DNA from: Eledone cirrhosa
Taxonomy: Eukaryota
Assembly (NCBI GenBank): GCA_964016885.1
Contig: OZ024764.1
Span: forward strand, 25,854,001-25,918,000
Direction: 5' to 3'
Length of the DNA stretch: 64,000 nt
The notes under the pieces were generated by a model, which had not been told where the DNA came from, made no database searches, and worked only from the letters and a program-made list of their open reading frames with translations. Below, piece by piece: positions 49,812 to 64,000 of this stretch; position 1 is the first letter of the stretch; each line of letters starts with the position of its first letter. The position numbers and the translations under genes are program-made.

Positions 49812-51078
49812 GTATGTGTGTCTGTGTGTGTGTCTATGGGTGTGTGTATCTATGTGTATGTGTGTGTCTATATGTCTGTGTGTGTCTATGTGAGTGTCTC
49901 TGTGTGTGTGTGTCTAGTTTCCGCAACTTAACGGCCGAGTAACAAAAGAAGACATTGACGAAGTAAGTCCCAAATATGACAAAAAACATGTTTTAAAAGA
50001 AATAGTTGAGTTAATACAACTAAACCCCGTTCAGTGTGTTGCCCCAGCGTGGCCGCAGTCCAATGACCGAAACAACTAAATTACTGCTTTTGCCCCATAG
50101 TACAACACCGACAGAAAGAAATAGGAGAATTATATCATTTATGGCCTTCCATAAACAAACGTTAGTTGGTCGAGGTTGATATCAAGTTTCCATCAGTTAA
50201 GAAATGTGACCCCTTACATTAGTTTTAACATCTATGTCTCCCCTGTTGGTACAGGAAGTTCATATAATTTCTCTCACATTCATTAGGGCACTTCATTGAT
50301 AAATCTTTATTAAATCCTTCCCTTCTTAATTGAAAAGTATTTCATTACGGATTGAGTGAAGGAAAGGTTACACGGTCCCTATTTCAATAGGTTACATGGT
50401 CCCTATTTCATGAGGTTACACTATTTCATTAGGTTACACGGTCCCTATTTCATTAGGTTACACGGTCCCTCTTTAAAACAACGATTATTTTAACATCTAG
50501 TTGACTGTACTAAATCCAGTGTTGTGTACTCTCGAGTCTTCAATAACCCCCGACCCCGGGGCTTGTTAAATGTTGCTAATCTATTTCTTTAGACATTAAA
50601 AAACAACATTATACAAGACAAAAAAGTACATTACTAGAAATCCCATGTTTTAAAATAAATAGGATAGCTCGGGGGGTCTCAATATGTAAACTAAACGACT
50701 AATTCTGGTTTTCTAAAAATCAACGGAGACAACCTAAAAAGATTACCGCCCCCTCCATCACACATCTGGTCTCTTCCTTTCAGTTCTGTATCAACCAGCA
50801 GGATCCAGAACTGAGGGGATATTTACCCCAGCTAGGACCCGTTTAAAACAGGAAGCCTGAGGTTGCGTAATAAACTTATATAAGAATCGTAATAAATTAG
50901 TTTTCTCACTCTCTCTCTAATATATATATATATATATATATATATGCAGAGGTTATATTTAATTTGTTGGGATTAAACAAGCTTAAACATTTTTCTAACT
51001 GATATAAAGCACTCAACAGATAGTGGAGTAAATACACAATATATTAATAAATGGAAACTATATTTATAAAACCATATT

Positions 51079-51144
51079 TATTTTATTATATATATTTCAA
51101 GGGCAACCAAAGCAAATTATGGTGCGCTTTCATCAGATAAAATA
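51079..51144 (-). ncRNA. Minimal type I hammerhead ribozyme motif
   Basis: tattttat CTGATGA aagcgcacca..tggttgccctt GAAA tatata TA ataaaata; perfect 8-bp stem I and palindromic stem III. Confidence 0.7.
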
Positions 51145-51784
51145 CAGATTTGTTTTAGAAATAAATATTGACATACCCGGAAAAAAGACAACCTTAACGG
51201 AGCTTCCAGGAAGCTCGAACCTTGAGCTGATCAATAACGAAACGTGCGTCACTACTCAATAAACGCAATGAAGACCTAACAAATCGCCGAGGTTAACTTT
51301 GCCTTTCATGCTTACGGGGTCGATAAAATAAAGTACCAGTAATACACTGGGGTAATAGCTGGCCTTGTGCCAAAAGTAGAAACAATTATTATGCGGGGGA
51401 TTGGCAGTATCGGTAGAAGGTCTGACGCCATGCTTTGCAGCATGGAGTTACATCCCTTTATGGTCTGAGTTCAAATCCCGTCGCGGTTAACTTTGCCTTT
51501 CACCCTTGCGGGGTCGATAAAATAAAGTACCAGTAATGCACTGGGATAATTGCTGGCCTTGTGCCAAATGTAGAAACAATTATTATATTTACACTCTGTT
51601 TAGCACTACACCTCGTTACAGACGGGAATCTAAGTATCTCCACTTCCTGGATATATATATTTACATACACACAAACACACACAAACGCACACATACACAC
51701 ATATATATATATATATCCAAGGAAAACTTGAACCGTTAAGGCATATTCTCCTTGGTTTTGTCAAAATGTATAAAACACACTTCG

Positions 51785-51845
51785 TATTTTATCTGATGAT
51801 AGCGTACCAAAGTTTTGGTACCCTTGAAATATATATAATAGAATA
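51785..51845 (+). ncRNA. Minimal type I hammerhead ribozyme motif
   Basis: tattttat CTGATGA ..gtaccaaagttttggtac.. GAAA tatata TA atagaata. Confidence 0.6.
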
Positions 51846-52805
51846 AATATGCTTTTACAAATATAGTTTCCATTTATTTAATATCATTGACATATATATA
51901 TATATAGTTGATATATATATAGTTGATATATATATAGTATATATATATATAGTTGATATATATATAGTATATGTATATATAGTATATATATATATAGTAT
52001 ATATATATATATATATAAATGAAAGGTATAGAAAGTATTGTAGCAAGAAGCCAACAGTATTCCATAATATATAAGTGACTATAGCGTCAAAATGAGAAAA
52101 TAGTTAACGTAAGATGTGAGAAAATAATTTAAACTCAATTCAAAAAGAATCAGGATATAGATTTATCCATCAGAATTTAGTGAAATCCAGGGAAAAATCA
52201 ATAGAGGCTTAACTCATGATAAAATAAAGTTTAAAATACTCATCCTTCAATTTGGAAAAACACAAATGCTCTGTATAGTCTTGAAAAGACTATTCCTCGA
52301 AACTTTCAGTGGGGATGGTCACGGTTGGATCCGATCATCAGCAGAGCTCAACACGAAAACCAAAATCTTACTGATTATAATATGCCAAAAAGGGAATTTA
52401 GAAGCAGGCTAATTCAACATCATGCGTAATTATGAAGACAAAACGCACATGTAGAGACAGGGCTGGTGACGTCAGAATGAGAAGAATGTCTGTTTAAATG
52501 AAATAACAGTCAAAAACATTCCGAAAAAAAACTCTACAATAAGGAGTTCAGCAAAAAGCAATATTATCGCGGTTATATATATATATATATAGAAAAGCGC
52601 TCAACCAGTTGGGAGCAGCATATATATATATATATATATATGTATAATGTATATATGTAGAGGTTATATTTAATTTGTTGGGATACAACAAGCAAAATAT
52701 TTTTATAACTGATATAAAGCACTCAACAAATTATTGGAGTAAATATACAATATATTAATAAATGGAAACTATATTTATAAAACCATATATATTTCATATA
52801 AATTA

Positions 52806-52871
52806 TATTTTATCTGATGAAAGCGCACCATAATTTGCCTTGGTGGCCCTTGAAATATGTATAATGAAATA
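52806..52871 (+). ncRNA. Minimal type I hammerhead ribozyme motif
   Basis: tattttat CTGATGA aagcgcacca..tggtggccctt GAAA tatgta TA atgaaata. Confidence 0.65.
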
Positions 52872-52909
52872 AATATGATTTTATAAATATAGTTTCCATT
52901 TGTTAATAT

Positions 52910-52944
<35 letters not shown>

Positions 52945-53270
52945 GAAAAGTATAGAAATTATTATGAGCAAGAAGCACACAGTATTTCATAATATATACA
53001 TATATATATATATTTATATATATATTGAGTTATAAACTCGAAATAGTCTTTTACAATTAAATAGCTCAAAGAAGGGAATATTTCCGAGCCGTGTAATACA
53101 AATGAATATATGAGGGATAAACAGCGATATAAGTACACATGTGTTCCAATTGCAAATGACTAAGTTAGCTAGGTTGAAAAATACTAATTTAACATAATAT
53201 GGTTTGCCTGTCTCGATTTAAAATAATAAATCAATAAAAATAAAAATAACAAACCTATATTATCAATGGC

Positions 53271-53315
<45 letters not shown>

Positions 53316-54575
53316 GAGCACTAGAAGTTGATGGAAACCGCGGAGTGGGGAGACCCAAGATGACCTGGGATGAGGTGATAAAAGCCGACCTTACCCAATT
53401 ACACCTCTCAAAGAGAATGACACACGACCGTGACTTCTGGCGTCACGCAGTAATACAGAGTACCCGACCTCCCATGGGTACATGCTGAAGCATATAAACA
53501 ATATGCCCCCACACCCGCCACCGCAAGGTGGTCGTGGAGGTGCCACGGCAAAAAAGCACCCAGCCCACACTGTAAAGTGGACGTGTAGGCGCCACGAAAA
53601 AGCACCCAGCACTCACTGTAAATGAGGTTGGTGTTAGGAAGGGCATCCAGCTGTAGAAATCAAGCCAGATCAGTTCCTGTATGAGCAAGGCATGGTCAGC
53701 CGACCAGACACTGCACACAACAGGACAACCCGTCTAACCCATGCTAGCGTGGAAGAACGGACGTAAAACGGTGATGATGATGATGATGATATATATATAT
53801 ATATATATAAACGGAAAATATGAAACGAAATTTCATTTCTACAGCTGTTACTTAAATATAAGTATGTATACATACATTCATATATGTATACAGACGCACA
53901 GTAGTATGTATATATATATATATATACATACATGCACACACATATATATGTACGTATGGATTCACCGAACATTTATTATAATGCTCGGTGTGTTTGTAAA
54001 CAAACATCCCGAATTAAGCCGTAGTGTCTAGCAACCATCGTTGCTCATTTGTTCAACACTGACAAAGGAACGCTGAACTAGTTTCAAGCTTATTAGCTAT
54101 CGTCAGCAACGTATACCTTCCTGCCAGATGGTTGAACGTCTGAAAGTATATACTTTCCTTACGCATATTAACGGCTGAGCAGCCTAATTTGCATATCGAG
54201 TGAGTTAATCGGCCGGGGTACCGAAAACGATAAACGGAAAGAATGAAACGAAATTTCATTTCTCACTCTTAGTACGGCTCATCTATATATATAATAATTG
54301 TTTCTACTTTAGGCACAAGGCCAGCAATTACCCAGTGCATTACTGGTACTTTATTTTATCGACCCCGTAAGGATGAAAGGCAAAGTCAACCTCAGCGGGA
54401 TTTGAACTCAGATCGTAAAGGGACGTAACTGTGCTAGAAAGCATGGCGTCCGACCCTCTACCGATACTGCCAATTCCCCGCCCTATATATATAATAATGA
54501 AATTATTCGTCAAAGGTGCATGTATATATATATATACATACTACTGTACGTCTGTATACATATATGTATGTACGT

Positions 54576-54633
<58 letters not shown>

Positions 54634-54925
54634 ACAGACGTACAGCAGTATGTATATATATATACATGCACCTTTGACGAGTTGTAGTGCACCTGAGCAC
54701 TGTACACAATAATTTCCTTATTATTATTATATATATAGAGGGGCGGACGTCATGCCTTGACGCATAGAGTTACGGCCCTTTCCCTTCTGAGTTCAAATCC
54801 CGCGGAGGTCAACTTTGCCTTTCATCCTTACGGGGTCGATAAAATAAAGTACCAGTAATGAGTAATGTACTGGTTAATTGCTGGCCTTGTGCCAAAAAGT
54901 AGAAACAATTATATATATATATATA

Positions 54926-55282
54926 TACGATATTAAACAAATGGAAACTATATTTATAAAACCATATTTATTTCGTTATATATATTTCTGGGATATCATA
55001 TTAAAAATATGGTATGCCTTCCTCAGACAAAATACAATACGTAAGCTGTTTTATAAATAATTTTTGACATACCTTATAATAATGCAACTTCCATTTAAAA
55101 AGTTGATTTTTAAATGGAAGTTGCATTATTATAAGGTATGTCAAAAATTATTTATAAAACAGCTTATGTATTGTATTTTGTCTGAGGAAGGCATACCATA
55201 TTTTTAATATGATATCCCAGAAATATATATAACGAAATAAATATGGTTTTATAAATATAGTTTCCATTTGTTTAATATCGTA
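54926..55282. repeat. Near-perfect 176-bp-arm palindrome carrying two opposed hammerhead motifs (54969-55034 minus, 55174-55239 plus)
   Basis: Arms 54926-55101 and 55107-55282, 5-nt spacer GTTGA, one mismatch seen; core CTGAGGA..GAAA tatata TA. Confidence 0.9.
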
Positions 55283-55367
55283 AACCTACTCCAGAAACTG
55301 TTGAGTGCTTTTATATCAGTTATAAAATATTTACTCGTTGTAACCCAACAATCTTAAATAAAACTTT

Positions 55368-55408
<41 letters not shown>

Positions 55409-55454
55409 CATGGAATACTATTAGCTTCTCGCTAAAACAATTTCTATACCTTTC

Positions 55455-55510
<56 letters not shown>

Positions 55511-55739
55511 ATTGTTTCTACTTATATGTATATATATAGAGAGAGGGAGAGAGAGAGAGAGAGAAACAGGTAATTAGGCGTTTTAGCTATTTAGTCACGT
55601 AAACGACAGACAACAATGTGTATATATATATATATATGTGTGTCTGTATATGTGTGTATATATATACGTATGTGTCATGATGTACCCCCAACTGGTGCAG
55701 CCAGTCGGTGGGGGTGCCACTGTAAACGCTTTTGCAGTC

Positions 55740-55788
<49 letters not shown>

Positions 55789-55863
55789 AAATAAAATAAT
55801 ATATATATATATAGATACATATATACAACAATAAATATATATACAACGATTTCTATACTTTTC

Positions 55864-55952
<89 letters not shown>

Positions 55953-56312
55953 GGGGGTATATATAGAAAGAGAGGTGTATATATGGTGTTTGTGTGTTGG
56001 GCCTCCGTCAGCTTTAACGATGAGTGTTGTTGGAGCAACGGAACAGCTGAGCAATCGACAAACACGTGCATCCTTAACAGATTTCTCAGGGAGATTCAGC
56101 AAGACATAGCACGTGTGACAAATATTACCCCTTTGAATTACAGGTACCAAGTACAACTCATACTTTGATGTTAGGTGGCCTGGAACAACCTGCAGTAAAG
56201 TATCTTGCTCAAGGACACGAACTCTCGACCTTCAGATGTTGAGCCGAACACCCTAACATCTAAACCACGCCACCTCGTTATTCCATAGCGTCTTTATGTA
56301 ATCACACGACCT

Positions 56313-56716
56313 GCTAGAAATAGCAGCCAAATCTCCCTCAAATGCCGCCCTACTGTCTTCTGTAAGGGGGAGACCTCTACATGGTAGAAATAGCAGCCAA
56401 ATATCCCTCAGACAACACCCTACTGTCTTACGTAAGAGGTAGGCCTCTACATGGTAGCTAGACCTGGTAGAAATAGCAGCCAAATCTCCCTCAAATCACA
56501 ACCTACTGTCTTACGTAATAGGGAGACCTCTACATGTTAGAAATAGCAGCCAAATCTCCCTCAAATGCCACCCTACTGTCTTATGTAAGAAGGAGACCTC
56601 TACATGCTAGAAATAGCAGCCAAATCTCCCTCAAATCACAATCTACTGTCTTACGTAAGAGGGAGACCTCTACATGGTAGCTAGACCTGGTAGAAATAGC
56701 AGCCAAATCTCCCTCA
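56313..56716 (-). repeat. Tandem 60-75 bp subunits of a SINE-like repeat (GAGGGAGATTTGGCTGCTATTTCTA)
   Basis: Six subunits; the same motif occurs at 26060-26240. Confidence 0.8.
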
Positions 56717-56989
56717 AACCAAAGCCTTATATATTTATATATACGAGAATATAGAAACGAAGCGGGTCAGATTGTAATGTAGGATGTGTTATTACAACAG
56801 ATGGGATAGTCACGGCTGGACTGTTTGGTGTTGATCACCGACCACCCCTGGCCTTGGGTTAAATAACCTCACTAACAACAACAACAACAACATTAACTGT
56901 TATAAAATATAAAAACTCACATTTTTAGGTTCGTTTCATCCGTTGCTGAGGAGACTCCGAAAGTTCTGATAATTTGACGTTTTTATGTA

Positions 56990-60093
<3,104 letters not shown>

Positions 60094-60159
60094 AGGAGAT
60101 ATGTTGATTTAAAACTTCACTATTCACAACTGTTTTTTAAGCTTCATATCATGTCTCCC

Positions 60160-60230
60160 TATTTTATCTGATGAGAACGCAGATATCATCCCATGATGAT
60201 ATTTGTTTTTGAAATGCGCATAATAAAATA
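60160..60230 (+). ncRNA. Minimal type I hammerhead ribozyme motif (different stem II)
   Basis: tattttat CTGATGA ..agatatcatc cca tgatgatattt.. GAAA tgcgca TA ataaaata; palindromic TGCGCA stem III. Confidence 0.7.
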
Positions 60231-60260
60231 CTTGGAACTCTTTTAACCATCTTTTGATCT

Positions 60261-60298
<38 letters not shown>

Positions 60299-60384
60299 GC
60301 ACACACATATACGTATATATATAAACACACACGCACATATATATATACACACACGCACATATATATATATACACACATGTGCGT

Positions 60385-60432
<48 letters not shown>

Positions 60433-60469
60433 TAAAATAACAGATTAAAGTTTAAGCAAAGAATCGCTG

Positions 60470-61700
60470 CTTTCACCCTTAACGGGATCTTCTGAAACTG
60501 ACAAAGTCAATCTGTGAACGCAGAACTGGATATTTCAAAAAACGTTGCAACCGGAGGAAGACAGGAAGACGATACTTTGGTTCATGGTGACGTTCCCAGG
60601 CAAAGAACGGGAAAAAACGAATATAATACGTCATTAAATGGAGCGGTGGAAAACAATTACACGCAAAGACAGAACCACGTTTATGGTATAAAAGAAGTCG
60701 TAGACTAATGTTCTCTAAATGGTGCATAGAGGCGTTCTCTGGCAATGAACGGAAAAACGAAGATAATACGTCATATGTGGAGCGGAGAGAACAATTGCAC
60801 GCAAAGACAAAACCACGTAAATGGTAAAGCAGAAGTCGTAGACTAAAATTGTAACTAGGAGACCGAATGAATCTCCGCTACAGAGTTAAGAACAAAGTAA
60901 ATAAATACAATACAGAAGTAATAGGAACAAATAAATACATACACGCAAACAGATACGTACATACACAAGCATACGCAAAACCTTACCATAGGTATACAAA
61001 CCCACGCACATATAAATATGTGTATGTGTGTATGCTTGTGTACAAATAAATAAATAATTATATAAACGTATATAAGTAAATAAATACGTATATAACAAGC
61101 GCACACACATACCTACAAATAAATACATGAAGGTTCGGAGACGTAAGTCAACTAAAACAAGAAGTACACATATACACACACCCACCATACGTACGAACCT
61201 GCATACTCACGCAGACGCAAAACTCCCATATACACATAACCAAGCCCTAAATACCAGAATATGTAAAAATTATACGCCAAAACAGTCAAATATACGTACG
61301 AGAAGGTATACATACCTTCACAAAACATACGGGTAATATATACTTACCTATGCAAAAAGTAAAGGAATAAACAAAACATATACTTAGCTCCCACATCAAG
61401 ACGTAAATATCCACGTATAGATCGTGCTATCCGTTAGGGTATAACGTAGGGCTGTAATACAGGAAAGTTTTGTGCAATTTATGTTTACAAGCCGAAATTA
61501 CCTCAGATTTTTTGTTTAAGATGTGGTCTGTGGCGTAGAGTATTTCCAGGGCCTCAGCGGCGCAGAGGTCACATGGTCTTTTATTTCCGTTATACGATCT
61601 AGCCCTAGCTAGGATCTCCCAGTGTAACTTATATTGGGTGTTTAAGTGAAAAATCTTTGCTTTCACCCTGAGCTGGATCATCTGCTTAAACCTTTAATCT
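60470..61700 (-). mobile_element. Penelope-like element 3' fragment
   Basis: LHWEILARARSY..PCDLCAAEALEILY..ILNKKSEVISACKHK (GIY-YIG C-terminus) at 61427-61681; internal duplication of about 100 bp at 60605-60845. Confidence 0.7.
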
Positions 61701-62009
61701 GTACTTATAATAAATATTTGCTCTGTGGGTTTATATATACTTATTTGGTATATGTATTTATTATTACTATGCATATATATGTATGTATGTTCTTGTGGTT
61801 TTATAATTTCACAAATGTTTGCCAATAGAGAGAGAATCGGTTTCTAACATAGTTACAAGACTCTCTCATTGGAATTTACACAACATCAACTGGGTAGATA
61901 TGTATGCATGTCTGCATGTATATATGTATGTATGTATATATATAAGTATGTATGTATATGTATGTATATATATATATGTATATGTATGTATATATGTATG
62001 TATATATGT

Positions 62010-62810
62010 TAGGCGGAGTCTTTCTCAGATGAAGGATCAGTGGTGGAGTGAGAAAGCTGATGAGATACAAACTGCGTCAGATTCCAATAACACAAAGTTG
62101 TTGTACAGTCTCTTGCGTGAAGTTTATGGACCGTCTTCTTCTCTGGTGACACCGCTTCGCAGCAAGGATGGCAAAGAACTTCTTCGTGACTCACAAGGAA
62201 TTCTACGAAGGTGGCGAGGGCACTTTCATGAACTTTTGAATCAGCCGTCTGTCGTCAATGAAGATTTCCTCAATCTCATTCCAGAAAAATCCTATGAAAG
62301 TAGCTCTCGCAGAATCTCCGATGCTTGTGGAGGTTGCAGTGGCTATCTCGAAGCTGAACAGTGGAAGGTCTCCAGGTATGGATGGCATACATGCGGAGCT
62401 CCTACAACATGGTGGTGAGAGACTCCTGCAACATCTTCACTCTTTGTTTGGCAGGATATGGGCTAATGAATCTGTACCTGAGGACTGGAGAGATGCAGTA
62501 ATGGTGGTCTTGTACAAGGGAAAAGGTACCAGGAATGATTGTGGAAACTACAGAGGTATATCATTGCTTTCTGTCGTAGGGAAAGTTTTATGTAGGGTGC
62601 TTCTGGACCATCTGCTGACACACATTGCAGATTGTGTTCTTCCTGAAAGTCAATCTGGTTTTCGTGCTGGACGCGGCACTACTGATATGATCTTCTCAGA
62701 TAGACAGCTCCAGTAGAAGTGCATGGAACAAGGTTTGTATCTGTATCAGGTTTTTGTCGATCTGACAAAAGCTTTCGATACTGTTAACAGAAATGCATTA
62801 TGGAAGGAAA
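62010..62810 (+). mobile_element. RTE/BovB-like LINE internal fragment, frameshifted
   Basis: [56 protein letters not shown]. Confidence 0.85.
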
Positions 62811-64000
62811 ACTCTGATATAACACCTGCAACTCTGATGTTGACTTGTTATTCTTTTTGGTAAATATCATCTTGGTTAAGAGAGTGGGACTGGCTTTGTG
62901 CAGTGCCTTTGCTCACTATAAAAGCTTCACGGCACAGGCATTGCTTTGTATCTGGAGATCTCTCTGCACTTGTCGTCACATGGTACCATGGGCCCAGCAA
63001 TATGTGTCAATAATTGTCACAAGTGTAGTGTTTGTACCAGAGTTTTCAAGTTGCTGGCTGGACTAAAAAGTCACACTCGTTCAGCGCATCGGTAGGGGTT
63101 CTCCTACATGGATATAAAGTAGTACCCGTACTCGAAAACGAGTTGGCAGCCACCATGTATGTATGTATGTATGTATATATATGTATATATGTATATATGT
63201 ATGTATATGTATGTATATATATGAGTATGTATGTGTATATATATATGTATACATGTAAGTATGTATGTATATGTATATATATGTAAGTATGTCGGATCAC
63301 TCTTGAGTGCTACTGGTAACATGTAACTCAGTACAACCTGTTGCATGGCCAGATTGTTGGCGACTAAACCGGCAACCCCACCAAGTTTACATGGTGAGGA
63401 GGTGATTTTGGACACCCTGCAGGACAAATATCAAAACCTGAGAGCGGGGAGAAAACTCATAAGAGTCAACGGCCATCCAAAATGTGTAGATATGTATATA
63501 CATGTATGCATGTGTATATATGTATATATGTATATATATGTATATATATGTATATACATGTATGTGTAGCGGTTGTCTCCCTTGTTTTGATTGGGATCTA
63601 GACGGGAAGTGGAACCCTTTCTGCAACTTCCGGTCAGAACCCTATAAAACTAACAACTTTAAGCTCCCTCTCTCTCTTTGCCTTTTCGGCACCAGGTCAA
63701 GAGCCTTCTCATTGGGCTCCGCCATTAATTTGGCCAACAGGCGCCTTGCCTTAGCCAGGCGTCCTCTGCCAGCCACGTTTGCCTGGCAATCAAAACGGTA
63801 ACTACTAACTTTGTTTCATTCTAACATCTATTCCTATTGACATGTCAACTATACTATCTACCATTGTTAATTAAATATTATACACACAAACCATGTCTTG
63901 TTTTGTTACATTCATACAACCTAGTATTCTCGCTATATTGGTAACCCTGACGTGATACGAACACGCAGCCGTTCATCGCTATAAGTGGTCACCCCCCCAA

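Noticed and set aside
50740-50880. Possible DDO promoter / non-coding first exon (CAGGAAG, TTGCGTAA, minus-strand GG|GTAAAT)
   Set aside because: Short motifs only; cannot be supported without 5' transcript data.
63387-63801. Short ORFs near the right edge
   Set aside because: No recognisable motifs or splice structure; probably repeat fragments.

Overview
Eukaryotic, repeat-rich, AT-rich animal DNA. It is most likely from an octopod cephalopod, inferred from the D-aspartate oxidase sequence and the SINE/LINE repertoire. Two spliced host genes can be built by hand, both on the minus strand. (1) A complete 10-coding-exon D-aspartate oxidase gene (44261->20581, 338 aa, GAGVVG FAD motif, C-terminal SKL). 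(2) A gene the ORF track shows only in part: a TATA-driven two-exon gene (13793->12737 + 8228->8107, about 392 aa) encoding a secreted precursor. Its order is signal peptide, acidic propeptide, RGKR furin site, three blocks of Tyr/His-rich tandem repeats, and a separately encoded 6-Cys beta-defensin/big-defensin-like domain joined by a phase-1 intron. Its last repeat block also forms a ladder of 11 in-phase splice donors. The rest is transposable elements and repeats: R4/Dong-like RLE LINEs, RTE and CR1-like LINEs, Penelope-like fragments with at least 8 minimal hammerhead ribozyme motifs, a young Gypsy LTR element with a possible self-priming PBS and a LINE nested in its LTR tip, pogo/Tc2-like and Helitron-like non-autonomous elements, tRNA-SINEs, and micro/minisatellites, several clearly born from TE fragments. 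All exon structures and family calls were made by eye, without alignments or expression data.
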